A stretch of DNA of 64,000 bases from an uncultured Candidatus Binatia bacterium (GTDB taxonomy: Bacteria; Desulfobacterota; Binatia; Bin18): contig OZ243961.1 in NCBI GenBank assembly GCA_965214605.1, positions 3,744,001 to 3,808,000 on the forward strand, in the 5' to 3' direction. The position numbers were made by a program, and so were the translations under genes. Positions 51,031 through 61,522 of the stretch are shown one piece after another (position 1 is the first letter of the stretch; each line of letters opens with the position of its first letter). The notes below the pieces were generated by a model. It was given only the letters and a program-made list of their open reading frames with translations. It did not search any database and was not told the DNA's origin.

Positions 51031-51867
51031 ATGGCTGCAACCGAAGTGAGACGGACGCAGGAAGACGCCGAGGCTATTTGGATCAAGTGTAATTCCTGTC
51101 AAGACATCCTGTTCCGCAAAGAGGCGGAGCGGCGTCTATTCGTCTGTCCTAAATGTGGATCGCATCTCAGGCTGACAGTTGAGCAACGCCTCTTCTTGGT
51201 GGTTGATCGTGGCTCTTTTGTCGAGCATGACGTTGATCTGTTGCCCAGCGATCCGCTCGGTTTTACCGACCGTAAACCGTACCCCGATCGCATTGCCGCT
51301 GCCCAGGCCAAGACGGGTCGCACCGAGGCGGTCGTATGTGGGGTGGCAACGATTGAGGACCAAGCGGCGGCCCTAGGGCTTTTTGATTTTGCCTTTTCAG
51401 GCGGGAGTATGGGAACCGTGGTGGGGGAGAAGCTCACTCGGATTGTCGAGCACGCGGTGCGCGAGTGCCTGCCAGTCATTTTTTTTTCCGCCTCGGGCGG
51501 CGCTCGTATGCAGGAAGGCGTTCTGTCCTTAATGCAAATGGCCAAGGTGAACGCCGCCCTCAACCGTTTGCGGGCGGCGAGACTGCCGTATATCTCGGTT
51601 ATGACCGACCCGACAACGGGTGGGGTGGCGGCCTCGTTGGGTATGATTGGCGATATCAATATTGCCGAACCCCAGGCTTTGATCGGCTTTGCCGGTCCTC
51701 GGGTAATTGAACAGACGATCCGAGAGAAACTGCCGCCGGGCTTTCAGCGGGCGGAGTTTCTGCTTGAGCATGGCATGCTAGACATGGTTGTTGAGCGTAA
51801 AGATTTGCGCGGGGTGTTGGGACAACTGCTACGCCTATTGTGTCATACAGCGCCAGAACCATGCTAG
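51031..51867 (+). CDS. accD: Acetyl-CoA carboxylase carboxyltransferase beta subunit
   Basis: WIKC..C...VCPKC zinc finger, GGSMG, SGGARMQEG.LSLMQM, DPTTGGV, IGFAGPRVIEQT. Confidence 0.97.
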   Translation: MAATEVRRTQEDAEAIWIKCNSCQDILFRKEAERRLFVCPKCGSHLRLTVEQRLFLVVDRGSFVEHDVDLLPSDPLGFTDRKPYPDRIAAAQAKTGRTEAVVCGVATIEDQAAALGLFDFAFSGGSMGTVVGEKLTRIVEHAVRECLPVIFFSASGGARMQEGVLSLMQMAKVNAALNRLRAARLPYISVMTDPTTGGVAASLGMIGDINIAEPQALIGFAGPRVIEQTIREKLPPGFQRAEFLLEHGMLDMVVERKDLRGVLGQLLRLLCHTAPEPC

Positions 51868-51916
51868 ACTGTCGGCCAACGCCAGCCTTATTCGGTCCGT
51901 CCGAGCGCTGACGCCC

Positions 51917-53197
51917 ATGCTCAGCTATGCCGAGACCCTAGACTTCCTGTTTCACCGTGAGGTCGAGCGTATGCAGCTTGGACTTGAGCGGATGGAACGT
52001 GCCTTAGCGCTGTGCGGGTCCCCCCACACCCGCTTTCCCAGCCTGCATATTGCGGGGACGAACGGCAAGGGATCGACCGCGGCGCTGCTGCACGCCGCGC
52101 TGAGCGCAGCAGGCTACCGGGTCGGCCTGTTTACTTCACCCCATCTGCTCGATTTCTGTGAACGCATCCGTCTCGGCAGTGACTGGATTCGTCAACAGGC
52201 GGTGATCGACGGCGTGGCCTGGATCCGCTCCCGCATTGAGCCGGAACAGATTACGCTCACCCCTTTTGAGCTGATGACGCTGCTTGCCTTTGTCGCCTTT
52301 GCCCGGGCCGAGCTTGATATTGCGATCGTTGAGGTGGGGCTTGGTGGACGTCTGGATGCAACCAATGTGCTGTCTCCGCTGGTGACCACAATTACCCAGA
52401 TCGGCCTTGATCACCAGGCCTACCTAGGCACGAGCCTGGCCCAGATTGCGGCTGAAAAAGGCGGGATCATCAAACCCGGCGTCCCGGTTATTCTCGGCCA
52501 TATGGAGGCTGACAGCCGGGCTGTGCTGATCGAAATTGCGCGCCGGCGGGACAGTCCGACGCTGGTTTACGGGACGGACTTTTGGGCCCACACGGACTCG
52601 GGGCATTTTGACTATCGGGGCCGAGCGTGGCGATATGATGACCTCCCGCTCAGTCTGGCCGGCGCCTTTCAAGGCCACAACGCGGCCGCGGCCCTGGCAA
52701 GCCTGGAGTGTTTGACTGCGGATTTTCCCGTCTCCGACGTCCAGCTACGCCACGGTTTAGAACAGGTCGTCTGGCCAGGACGCTTCCAGATTGTTGCGGA
52801 CCAGCCCCTTGTCATCCTCGACGGGGCGCACAACCCGCACGCGACTGCCGCCCTAGTATCGTCTCTGCCGGCGGTGCTTGGGAGACGACGCATTAAGCTC
52901 CTGTTTGGGGTACTAGAGGATAAGGACTGGCCGAATATGGTTGCGCCGCTGGCCCATATTGCACACGAGGTGATAGTCACCCGGGTCGACAATCCGCGGA
53001 GCGCAGACCCCCAGACCGTGTCGACCGCATTTAGTCAAACGTGTCCGACCCGGGTGTGTCTCAATTCTCGGGCTGCGTGTCAGCAGCTGCTCGACGAGGC
53101 GGACGCCGACACCGCCCTTGTGGTGTGCGGCTCGTTGTTTCTCATTGGCGAGGTTCTGCCCCTCTTTCCCTCAGCACTGAGAGGGCAGACCGCATGA
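51917..53197 (+). CDS. folC: Folylpolyglutamate/dihydrofolate synthase
   Basis: HIAGTNGKGST, FTSPHL, EVGLGGRLDATN, GLDH..YLG, WPGRF, LDGAHNP, VCGSLFLIG. Confidence 0.96.
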   Translation: MLSYAETLDFLFHREVERMQLGLERMERALALCGSPHTRFPSLHIAGTNGKGSTAALLHAALSAAGYRVGLFTSPHLLDFCERIRLGSDWIRQQAVIDGVAWIRSRIEPEQITLTPFELMTLLAFVAFARAELDIAIVEVGLGGRLDATNVLSPLVTTITQIGLDHQAYLGTSLAQIAAEKGGIIKPGVPVILGHMEADSRAVLIEIARRRDSPTLVYGTDFWAHTDSGHFDYRGRAWRYDDLPLSLAGAFQGHNAAAALASLECLTADFPVSDVQLRHGLEQVVWPGRFQIVADQPLVILDGAHNPHATAALVSSLPAVLGRRRIKLLFGVLEDKDWPNMVAPLAHIAHEVIVTRVDNPRSADPQTVSTAFSQTCPTRVCLNSRAACQQLLDEADADTALVVCGSLFLIGEVLPLFPSALRGQTA

Positions 53198-55485
53198 CCC
53201 GCCGTCTGGCCTGCCTAAGCTGCCCAGCCTGGCTGATCACCCTGATATACCTGGCTGGTCCACTCCCGGTGTGGGGCCAGGCCGAGCCGACCGGCGAGCC
53301 GGTTGAGTCGGAGAGCGGCCACGCCCTAGCCCAGGCTGGCGAGCCGCTTGAGGTCGAGGCCCAGACGTTGAGTTATCAAGAGGGCACCAATACCATCACC
53401 GCAACCGGAGACGTCGTGGTGACCAAAGGTCTGACCCGAGTGACGGCCGAGACGATCCGGCTCAATCGCGACACCAGCGAAGTTGATGCCCGGGGTAATG
53501 TCGTCGTCCGTGATCCGCAGGGCACAATCGAAGCTGAGGCGATCCAGTTTGAGATGGAGGACGAAACTGGCCAGATTATCAACGGCACGGTGCGGCTACC
53601 CGGCCGCCAGTATACGATTACCGGTACCCGTTTACAGAAGTCGCTTGGCCAGACCTATCACATTGATGACGGGACACTGACGACCTGCCAGTGCGATGAT
53701 CCCCAACAGGCCGACTGGACCATCGCGGCTCGGTCGCTCGACCTTACGAGACGAGGCAGAGGCGTTGTACGCGGCGGCTCTCTCAGGGTCCGCAAAGTGC
53801 CAATTCTGTATCTACCGTACGCCATCTTTCCGGTCCAGACTGAGCGTCAGAGCGGTCTCTTATTTCCCAACTACGGATTTTCGAGTAAGCGTGGCTTTCA
53901 GTTCCAACAACCCCTGTACTGGGCGCTGAATAAAAGCCACGATGTCACCCTTACGGCAGATATTGAGACCGCGGCCCGGTTGGGTCTGTTGGGCGAGTAC
54001 CGCTATGCTCTCAACCGTGATACCGAAGGCCGGCTGATCGCCTCGTATTTTAATGAAGAGGTTGGCGGTCTGGCCTCGACCAGCTCACCGCTGCACCGCT
54101 GGAGTGTCACCGGCACGCATCGCCAGCGCCTGCCGTACGGAATCCATGCCCACGGCGACTTCTTCTTTGTGAGCGATGATCGTTTTTTGCGTAACATGAA
54201 CACGCCCTTTTATGGCGGTTTAGACAATAGCGAACTACGCTCCCGACGCTGGACGCGCTCACGAGCCGGAGTGGTAAAAACCTGGCGCCACGCCCAGCTG
54301 CGGGCGGATACATTCTACTTCCAGGATCTGCGCAACGATGACAAGTACGCCTTTCAAATCTTGCCGACCCTACGGTTTCGAACCCAGCGCTGGTTATTGA
54401 ACGGCCGTTTAGAGACCGGTCTGGATGTCCAAGGCGCAAACTTCTACCGTCGCCGAGGCTATTATGGCCAGCGTCTCCACATTTCTCCGTGGCTCTCTCT
54501 ACCCTTTTCTTTAGGTGGCTATGCCTCTGGCTCGCTCAACGTGACCGGGCATGAGACGCTCTATCACATGAGCTCCGAAGAGCCGGTGTCGCTGAGGGAT
54601 CTGGGCCGCGGCGCGGATCGCACCAGGTTCAGCCCAGGCGGAGATCGTACCCGTGAGACCGTGCGGGTACGGACTGAGCTTGGGACGCGTCTGTCGCGTG
54701 TCTTTAAGTTGGGCTGGGGCTCCTTACATAGCCTCAAGCACGTGGTTGAACCGCACGTTTCTTATACCTACAGCCCAGTCGTCAGCCAAGACGATCTGCC
54801 CCTGTTTGACGGGCTGGACCGGATCAATCGACGCAGCCTGTTCGTGTACGGGATGACCAATCGAATCGTCGGAAAATTTGCCTCTGGCTCCGACGTCTCT
54901 GAGGATGTGACCCGCGTGCGCGAGCTCCTGCGCCTGACCATCAGCCAGGCCTACGATCCGACACGGCGATTGCGCGGTGCGGGACCGGAGAACTTTGGGC
55001 TGAGCGAAACTGCCCAGCACTTCTCGGATGTCGCCTTTGACGCGCGTGTCAGCCTCTTTTCTTTCTTCCGTATTCGGACTGAAACGGTGTATGATATTGA
55101 CCGGGCCGAGGTTACTGCGACTCGGGTCACCGCCTCTGTCCGCGATCCCCGACCTCTGCCGCCGTCCACGCCTCTATTCCAACAGCTACAGCGCAGAACA
55201 GGGCTCAGAATTTCCTACCGGGCCATCACCGACCGCCTACTCAAGGAACTGAACGTCAACCTGGTGATGCGCTTGAGTGAGTATTTTTCGGCCGCGTATT
55301 CGACCCGCTATGACCTGAACGACAAATCGTTTATTCGCAGCAGCTACTACTTTCGCGTGCTGTCGCCCCAAAAGTGTTGGGCGTTTGATTTCGGTATCGT
55401 CGATAAGGTCAACCCGAGTGAGGTCGAGTTTCGCTTTGCGGTGACTCTGGTTGGGCTGAGTTCATTTGGACAGCAGATGTTTTGA
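53194..55485 (+). CDS. lptD: LPS-assembly outer membrane protein LptD
   Basis: Signal peptide, OstA-like N-domain, TTC motif, VPILYLPY...RQSGLLFP, beta-barrel-like C-terminal region; follows folC. Confidence 0.9.
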   Translation: MTRRLACLSCPAWLITLIYLAGPLPVWGQAEPTGEPVESESGHALAQAGEPLEVEAQTLSYQEGTNTITATGDVVVTKGLTRVTAETIRLNRDTSEVDARGNVVVRDPQGTIEAEAIQFEMEDETGQIINGTVRLPGRQYTITGTRLQKSLGQTYHIDDGTLTTCQCDDPQQADWTIAARSLDLTRRGRGVVRGGSLRVRKVPILYLPYAIFPVQTERQSGLLFPNYGFSSKRGFQFQQPLYWALNKSHDVTLTADIETAARLGLLGEYRYALNRDTEGRLIASYFNEEVGGLASTSSPLHRWSVTGTHRQRLPYGIHAHGDFFFVSDDRFLRNMNTPFYGGLDNSELRSRRWTRSRAGVVKTWRHAQLRADTFYFQDLRNDDKYAFQILPTLRFRTQRWLLNGRLETGLDVQGANFYRRRGYYGQRLHISPWLSLPFSLGGYASGSLNVTGHETLYHMSSEEPVSLRDLGRGADRTRFSPGGDRTRETVRVRTELGTRLSRVFKLGWGSLHSLKHVVEPHVSYTYSPVVSQDDLPLFDGLDRINRRSLFVYGMTNRIVGKFASGSDVSEDVTRVRELLRLTISQAYDPTRRLRGAGPENFGLSETAQHFSDVAFDARVSLFSFFRIRTETVYDIDRAEVTATRVTASVRDPRPLPPSTPLFQQLQRRTGLRISYRAITDRLLKELNVNLVMRLSEYFSAAYSTRYDLNDKSFIRSSYYFRVLSPQKCWAFDFGIVDKVNPSEVEFRFAVTLVGLSSFGQQMF

Positions 55486-55515
55486 CGGAAAACCGCTCAA
55501 GAGACCCAGAGGCGG

Positions 55516-55932
55516 CTAAGGGGGAGGGGGGTCGGTCGTCGGGTGCGGGATGGTCGGGTCTGTCCGTTGCTCTTCTTGTCCCTGTTTGGCGTCCCAGTCC
55601 GCCAGCTCGTCGGCAACTCCGCCCAGCCACATGGGAACGCCGGTCCGGTAGGCGGCCCGGGCGATCAGATGGGCGCTGAGCGGGACGGTGAGGAAGAGGA
55701 AGCCGAGGATCAAGCTCTCTTTGAGTCCTGAAGACAGGCCCAAAAAGCGGAAATATAACAGGGCAGCCAGCAGCACCCCGGCCACGCCAAAGGTGGTGCT
55801 TTTACTCGTGGCGTGCATGCGTGAATACACGTCTTTCAGTCGCAGCAGACCAAAGGTACCGGTCAGGAGAAAAAACAGACCAACGAGTAACAGGCTGCTA
55901 ACCAGGATTTCGAGAGTTGCCGGGACGTCCAT
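55516..55932 (-). CDS. mrpG: Mrp Na+/H+ antiporter subunit G
   Basis: GLLRLKDVYSRMHATSKSTTFG, FLTVPLSAHLIARAAY. Confidence 0.92.
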   Translation of the reverse strand: MDVPATLEILVSSLLLVGLFFLLTGTFGLLRLKDVYSRMHATSKSTTFGVAGVLLAALLYFRFLGLSSGLKESLILGFLFLTVPLSAHLIARAAYRTGVPMWLGGVADELADWDAKQGQEEQRTDPTIPHPTTDPPPP

Positions 55933-56197
55933 CAATGGCGGTTCCTCCTAACAGATAGCGGGCAGCTGCAACCGTACTCAGAAAGGCCAGAATGGCCAGC
56001 ACTAGCGCGACATCAATATACAGGGCACTCGCCGTGCGGATAGAGATGACGATAATCGCCGCTACCAGATTGATCGAAATATTGTCTAGGGCGATAACCT
56101 GGTCAGGCACACTCGGTCCACGTATCACCCGATAGGCGCTGAACAGAATCGACAGCGTAATGCCGGACAACATAATAAAACAAGTGTTTTCAATCAT
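55898..56197 (-). CDS. mrpF: Mrp antiporter subunit F
   Basis: YRVIRGPSVPDQVIALD, YIDVALVLAILAFLSTVAAARYL. Confidence 0.92.
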   Translation of the reverse strand: MIENTCFIMLSGITLSILFSAYRVIRGPSVPDQVIALDNISINLVAAIIVISIRTASALYIDVALVLAILAFLSTVAAARYLLGGTAIDGRPGNSRNPG

Positions 56198-56225
56198 GTG
56201 CTTCTTGTCTGAGAACTCGTCGAGC

Positions 56226-56705
56226 TTACTGGTCAATGAGAAGCAAATAGCGCTCAAAGCCATCTTTGATCTTCTGTTTCTCTTCCTCAATATCCTCAAT
56301 GTCGAGAAAATGGATGAACAGAAAGCGTCGGTCTGGCGAGACCTCGACCGACAGGGTGCCCGGCGTTAGTGTGATCATATTGGCCAGCAGCGTAATCAGG
56401 ATATCGTGCTGGACCTCAAGCCGATAGGCTAGAATACCCGAACGCACGTTGAGCCGTGGCGATAAGACCTGCTTGACCACGTCTATATTTGCCACCACCA
56501 ATTCCTTGATAAAAAAGCTCAGCAAGCGAAGTGCCATCAGCACTCTACGGATATAGGGCCACTCTTGGCGAAAGGAGCGGGGGAAGAACAGCATTGCACC
56601 GATGCCGACTAGGTAGCCGATCAGAAACTGACGCAGCGAGATTTCGTTCTGCAGCAGGCACCAGGTGAAGGCTAGCGTGATATTGAGTGCGAGACGGGGG
56701 AGCAT
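56226..56705 (-). CDS. mrpE: Mrp antiporter subunit E
   Basis: ELVVANIDV, LLANMITLTPGTL, LFIH. Confidence 0.93.
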   Translation of the reverse strand: MLPRLALNITLAFTWCLLQNEISLRQFLIGYLVGIGAMLFFPRSFRQEWPYIRRVLMALRLLSFFIKELVVANIDVVKQVLSPRLNVRSGILAYRLEVQHDILITLLANMITLTPGTLSVEVSPDRRFLFIHFLDIEDIEEEKQKIKDGFERYLLLIDQ

Positions 56706-56758
56706 GAAGGGACCTCAGATGCAAAATGTAGCCGGGACGGCCGGCCTAGGGCAGGCCC

Positions 56759-58249
56759 TTATCTGTCTCCTCCTGCCCCCAGCACCGCCTCAATATACGC
56801 CTGGGGCTCATAAGCCTGTTGGGCCGCGACCTCAGCCACGCTATAGAGGACACCGGGGAAGAGGCTAATCCATACGATCCCGGCCACCAGAAGAATAATA
56901 CCGGGCAGCAGCGGTTTCAAGGCCACAGAACGTCGCTCGCCCTGTTCTTGTCCCCAGAACACCCCGTTCCAGATCTTGAGCATAGAGGCCAGGGTCAGCA
57001 GCCCGCCCACTAGCCCAATACCGACATAGCCGTAGCGTCCGCCCTCGGCGCCGGCCTGGAGGATAATGAATTTGCTGAAAAAACCGGCCAGCGGTGGGAT
57101 ACCGGCCAGGCTCAGGGCGGCGATTAAGAATAGACCGCTGAGGACCCAGGAGTGTGACTGGAGGCCGCCGATAGTTTTGAGTTGGGTTGTACCTGTCACG
57201 CGCTGGACCGCTCCAGCAATCAGAAAGAGAGCCGATTTGGACAGCACGTAGGGCACCATAAAGAACAGCGTGCCGGCCAGGGCTTGGCGGCTCAGTAGGC
57301 CAATGCCCAGCATCAAATATCCGATCTGACTGATGATATGGTAGGAGAGAATACGTTTCATATCGATCTGTGACAAGGCGCCAAATACGCCGAGCAGCAT
57401 GCTCAGGGCGGCCAGGATGAGGAGCAACTCGTGGGTCACCACTGGGTCGTGGCGAAACAGCAGGGTAAAGGTTCGGAAAATGGCGTACACTCCAACCTTG
57501 GTCAGCATACCGCCAAAATACGCACTCATACCCGCTGGGGGCTGAAAGTAGGGGCCCGGCAGCCAAAAATATAGCGGAAAGATAGCGGCTTTGGAGCCAA
57601 AGATGAACAGAAACAGCATGGCCAGCACGGTTAGTATCGGACTGTCCGGCACAGCCTGTATTTTCAGGGCCAGGTCGGCCATATTCAGTGTGCCCAGGCT
57701 GCGGTAGGTTATGGCCAGGGCGATCAAGAAAAACGTGGAGGCAATCAGGTTGATGACCAGGTATTTGATCGTCTCCCTCAGCTGTCCCGGCTCGGAGCCC
57801 AGCACCAGCAGGGCAAACGAGGCAATCAGCAGAATCTCAAAGAACACAAACAGATTAAAGAGATCGCCGGTTAAGAACGCTCCGTTGACCCCCATCAGCA
57901 GAATAAAAAACAGCGGAAAATAGAAATGGTCTTGACGTTCGGTGTCGATTGAGGGGAGGGAGAACAGGCTGACGGCCAGGGCGATGGTCATATTCAGCCC
58001 GACCATCGTCATGCTCAGCACATCGGCCACCAGGATAATCCCGAACGGTGCGGGCCAGTTCCCCATACGCAGCACCACGATACCGCTGCTCCAAACGTAA
58101 AGAAGTCCGACCAGGGATAGCAGCCACAGCACGCCGATAACGACTACGCTCAGCAGACGTTGCAGGGCACGCCGTCGCGGGAACGCGGCCAAGACTGCTG
58201 CCGCTGCGACCGGACCGATAACAAACAGGATGAATAACTCGTGCAGCAT
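56759..58249 (-). CDS. mrpD: Mrp antiporter subunit D
   Basis: GNWPAPFGI, GAFLTGDLFNLFVFFEI, GTLNMADL, KAAIFPLYFWLP, LTKVGVY, GIPPLAGFFSK. Confidence 0.95.
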   Translation of the reverse strand: MLHELFILFVIGPVAAAAVLAAFPRRRALQRLLSVVVIGVLWLLSLVGLLYVWSSGIVVLRMGNWPAPFGIILVADVLSMTMVGLNMTIALAVSLFSLPSIDTERQDHFYFPLFFILLMGVNGAFLTGDLFNLFVFFEILLIASFALLVLGSEPGQLRETIKYLVINLIASTFFLIALAITYRSLGTLNMADLALKIQAVPDSPILTVLAMLFLFIFGSKAAIFPLYFWLPGPYFQPPAGMSAYFGGMLTKVGVYAIFRTFTLLFRHDPVVTHELLLILAALSMLLGVFGALSQIDMKRILSYHIISQIGYLMLGIGLLSRQALAGTLFFMVPYVLSKSALFLIAGAVQRVTGTTQLKTIGGLQSHSWVLSGLFLIAALSLAGIPPLAGFFSKFIILQAGAEGGRYGYVGIGLVGGLLTLASMLKIWNGVFWGQEQGERRSVALKPLLPGIILLVAGIVWISLFPGVLYSVAEVAAQQAYEPQAYIEAVLGAGGDR

Positions 58250-58307
58250 GACAGGACTAGGTTGTTCAAGTCTCGCGCTGTTGTCGTGTCGGGTTCAGCA
58301 CTCCCCC

Positions 58308-58640
58308 TCATTCTTCCCCACCGGCCAACTCGTTAATATCGTTCGAGTCGCACACCTGACGGGTACGAAGGGCCAGCACGGTAGCGAAGGCGGTCATGCC
58401 GAAGCTAATCACAATAGCCGTCAGCACCAGGGCCTGGGGCAAAGGGTCACTGTAGGGAGCACTTGAGGTGAGCAGTGGCGGGCCGCCGCGTTTGAGGCCG
58501 CCGGAAAGAATCAGCGCTAGGTTGGCTGCATGCGAGTAGAGCGCCAGACCAATGACGACCTGCAGCAGGTGGGGCTGGAGCAAAAGATAGGTTCCGCAGC
58601 CAAACAGTACACCAATGACGCCGATGATAATGAGTTCCAC
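58308..58640 (-). CDS. mrpC: Mrp antiporter subunit C
   Basis: GLALYSHAANL, DPLPQALVLTAIVISFG. Confidence 0.94.
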   Translation of the reverse strand: MELIIIGVIGVLFGCGTYLLLQPHLLQVVIGLALYSHAANLALILSGGLKRGGPPLLTSSAPYSDPLPQALVLTAIVISFGMTAFATVLALRTRQVCDSNDINELAGGEE

Positions 58641-58653
58641 CTGCCCCCCACTC

Positions 58654-61398
58654 TTATGCCTCGGCAACGCTCTGAATGATGCCGATGGTTGTGCCGACGA
58701 CGACTAGATATACGCCGATATCAAAGCCCATTGCCGTGGCTAGTTCGACCTCGCCCAACAGCGGCACAAAGAAGTGTCCAAATGCGCTGGTCAAAAACGG
58801 CTGGCCAAGCGCCACCGCGCTCAGCCCGGTGAGGACGGCCATCAGCAATCCCAGACTCACAATCCGGAGGGGATTGAGCGGCGTTTCGCGCTGAAAAACG
58901 GCGACGTCAAACGCTATCATCTGAAAGGTGATGGCCACCGCGGTTAGCACTCCAGCGATAAAGCCGCCTCCCGGCGCGTTGTGGCCGCGCAGCAGCAGGT
59001 AGATGGAGAACAACAACATTATGTGCAGGGTCAGTCGGGCAAAAGACTGCAAAATCGGTGAGCGGAAGCTGATTTGTCGCCTCCTGTTGAGTTGTCTACG
59101 ACCCGGGCTGCCGATCTCAATCATGGCAAATACGGCTAGCGCGGCGACGGCAAAGACGGTGATTTCTCCCATGGTGTCAAAGCCTCGAAAATCGACCAGA
59201 ATGACATTGACCACATTTCGTCCACCGGCAAGCTCATAGCTGTTGTCCAAGAAATACTGGGCTAGCCGGGACGGCTCAAACTGGCCAATAGTGGCAGCCA
59301 AGAGCAGCAGGGTCACCAATACCCCGGTGCCAATACTCAGGCTGAGATGAAACAGCCGACGGCTGACCGGCGGCCGGACATTGTTCAGTGGAGAGAAAAA
59401 CCGCAGGACCAACAGAAACAAAACCAGCATCACCGCCTCAACCAAAATTTGGGTCAGGGCTAAATCCGGTGCGCTGAACAGCACAAAAAAGATAGAAATC
59501 ATGGACCCGACCAGGCCCAGGGCCAGAATGATGGCGATGCGCGAGCGAAACACGCAGCAGGCCAATCCGGCCACTGCGGTCAGTAGGGCTAGCCCGATTT
59601 CGTAATAGCTGGGCTCTACCACGTCGAGTTGCAACGGGGTCACAACAAAGAACTGCCACACCGGCAGGCTAGCCCCTAGAATGAGGGCGATCAGCACATA
59701 GCAGATATAGTCGGTTAAACGTCCGGTCATATGCAGGCGGCGCTGGCAGGTGAACGCGGCGGTCAACCGGTCGAGGCTATCAACATACAGCCGGTTGAAC
59801 GAATACCAGGCCTCGGAGCTTTGCAGGCGGGGGATAAAAGATCGACGTCCCAAGAACAAACTCAGCCCAACCCCAAGGCTGATACCACTCAACATCAACG
59901 GTGGGCTGATCCCGTGCCACAGACCGATATGTGGCAGTGGGGCGGGACCGACAACCGTCCCTAGAGCCGGTGTGATCAGGACCTCGACTAGACCCGGCAT
60001 CAGACCGCAGATCAACGCGAGAGCGCTGAGGACGATGATGGGCAGGGCCATACCGGCCGGCGTGTGGTCGAGATGGCGGACACCCGGAGGATGGCTCGTA
60101 GACGGCGGCGCAGCAAAAAATGTCCCGTAACACAGGAGGGCCGAGTACAAAAAGGTCAGACAGCTAGCCGCCACAGCCACAACGCTCAGACCTAGTCCGA
60201 CTGTCAAGACCGATTCGTAGAACAGCTCTTTGCTGATAAAGCCACCCAAAGGGGGCAGTCCGGCCATCGACAAACAGGCCAGTACGGCCGCCCCGGCGAC
60301 CAGCGGCATCTCCCCACGCTGGCTACCCAGGCGGCGGATGTCTCTGGTTCCGGCTTCGTGCTCGACCGCTCCGGCGGTCAAAAATAGAGCGCCTTTAAAC
60401 ACCGCGTGGTTGACGAGGTGCAGGACTGCGGCCAGCATGGCCAACCGCGTCCCAACCCCAATTAAGAGCACCATCAACCCCAACTGGCTGACCGTTGAGT
60501 ATGCCAACAGGGCTTTCAGATCGGTTTGTTTACACGCCAACGCTCCACCCCAGACCAGGGTCAGGGTGCCGATACCGATGCTGGCTGCAGACCATATCGG
60601 ATCGCTGACGAACAGCGGAGACATGCGCGCCATCAGGTACAGTCCGGCCTTGACCATTGTTGCCGCGTGGAGGTAGGCGCTTACCGGGGTGGGGGCTTCC
60701 ATGGCCGAGGGCAGCCAAATGTGAAACGGAAACTGGGCCGACTTGGTAAACGCCGCGATCAGAAAACAGACCCCGATGGCGCTCGACAGGGGGGGGAACT
60801 CGGTCAGCAGGCGCGACAGTTCCAGGCTGCCGGTCTCGGCAAAGACCAGAAAGATCCCGAACAGGAGGACCAAACCCCCGCCGGCGGTCAGGCCCAGGGC
60901 TTTGGTTGCCCCCTCACACGCTGCGGCACGGTGGGAACGAAAACCAATCAGCAGAAACGAGGCGACACTAGTCAGTTCCCAGAACACCAGCAGCACGACT
61001 AGGTTGTCGGCTAGCACGACACCCATCATGGCGCTGTTGAACAGCAGCAAAAACCGGTACAGGCGGTTGAGGTGTGGGTCGTCGTGCAGATACGACCCGG
61101 TATAGATGAACACCAGCACCCCAACGCCCGAGATCAGACCGACGAACAGCCAGCTCAGACCATCTAGCTGAAAACTCAACCGCAGTTCGAGCGCCGGGAT
61201 CCAGGGCCAGGAGAGGTGAACTGTTGAGCCCTGCTCGACCTCGGACCACAGGACCAGAACAATGAAGAGTTGGACCGCAGGGATAAGGGAGAACAATGGG
61301 GCTGCCGCTCGACGGAAACGTGGCGGCAGTGGGATAAGTGCGCCGAGGAAGGGCAGGAAGATAAGGACAAGTAGCAGAATCGGTGACACTCCCTCCAT
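58654..61398 (-). CDS. mrpA: Mrp antiporter subunit A fused to subunit B (group 2 operon)
   Basis: [56 protein letters not shown], then MrpB motif [13 protein letters not shown]; start at 61398 or 61431. Confidence 0.95.
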   Translation of the reverse strand: MEGVSPILLLVLIFLPFLGALIPLPPRFRRAAAPLFSLIPAVQLFIVLVLWSEVEQGSTVHLSWPWIPALELRLSFQLDGLSWLFVGLISGVGVLVFIYTGSYLHDDPHLNRLYRFLLLFNSAMMGVVLADNLVVLLVFWELTSVASFLLIGFRSHRAAACEGATKALGLTAGGGLVLLFGIFLVFAETGSLELSRLLTEFPPLSSAIGVCFLIAAFTKSAQFPFHIWLPSAMEAPTPVSAYLHAATMVKAGLYLMARMSPLFVSDPIWSAASIGIGTLTLVWGGALACKQTDLKALLAYSTVSQLGLMVLLIGVGTRLAMLAAVLHLVNHAVFKGALFLTAGAVEHEAGTRDIRRLGSQRGEMPLVAGAAVLACLSMAGLPPLGGFISKELFYESVLTVGLGLSVVAVAASCLTFLYSALLCYGTFFAAPPSTSHPPGVRHLDHTPAGMALPIIVLSALALICGLMPGLVEVLITPALGTVVGPAPLPHIGLWHGISPPLMLSGISLGVGLSLFLGRRSFIPRLQSSEAWYSFNRLYVDSLDRLTAAFTCQRRLHMTGRLTDYICYVLIALILGASLPVWQFFVVTPLQLDVVEPSYYEIGLALLTAVAGLACCVFRSRIAIILALGLVGSMISIFFVLFSAPDLALTQILVEAVMLVLFLLVLRFFSPLNNVRPPVSRRLFHLSLSIGTGVLVTLLLLAATIGQFEPSRLAQYFLDNSYELAGGRNVVNVILVDFRGFDTMGEITVFAVAALAVFAMIEIGSPGRRQLNRRRQISFRSPILQSFARLTLHIMLLFSIYLLLRGHNAPGGGFIAGVLTAVAITFQMIAFDVAVFQRETPLNPLRIVSLGLLMAVLTGLSAVALGQPFLTSAFGHFFVPLLGEVELATAMGFDIGVYLVVVGTTIGIIQSVAEA

Positions 61399-61456
61399 TT
61401 TCAATAGATCGTTCTTGACGTCAATGGGCAAGGGGCTAGCTGGTTTTGGCCGAGTC

Positions 61457-61485
61457 TTGACAGCTCAGGGACTCCCCCATAGCCT
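61457..61485 (+). promoter_or_regulatory. Sigma70-type promoter for the MMPL gene
   Basis: TTGACA-N17-TAGCCT, followed by an AGGAGG RBS. Confidence 0.65.
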
Positions 61486-61522
61486 GCCTGTCTTTACCAG
61501 TCGCTAGGAGGTTTGTAGGGCG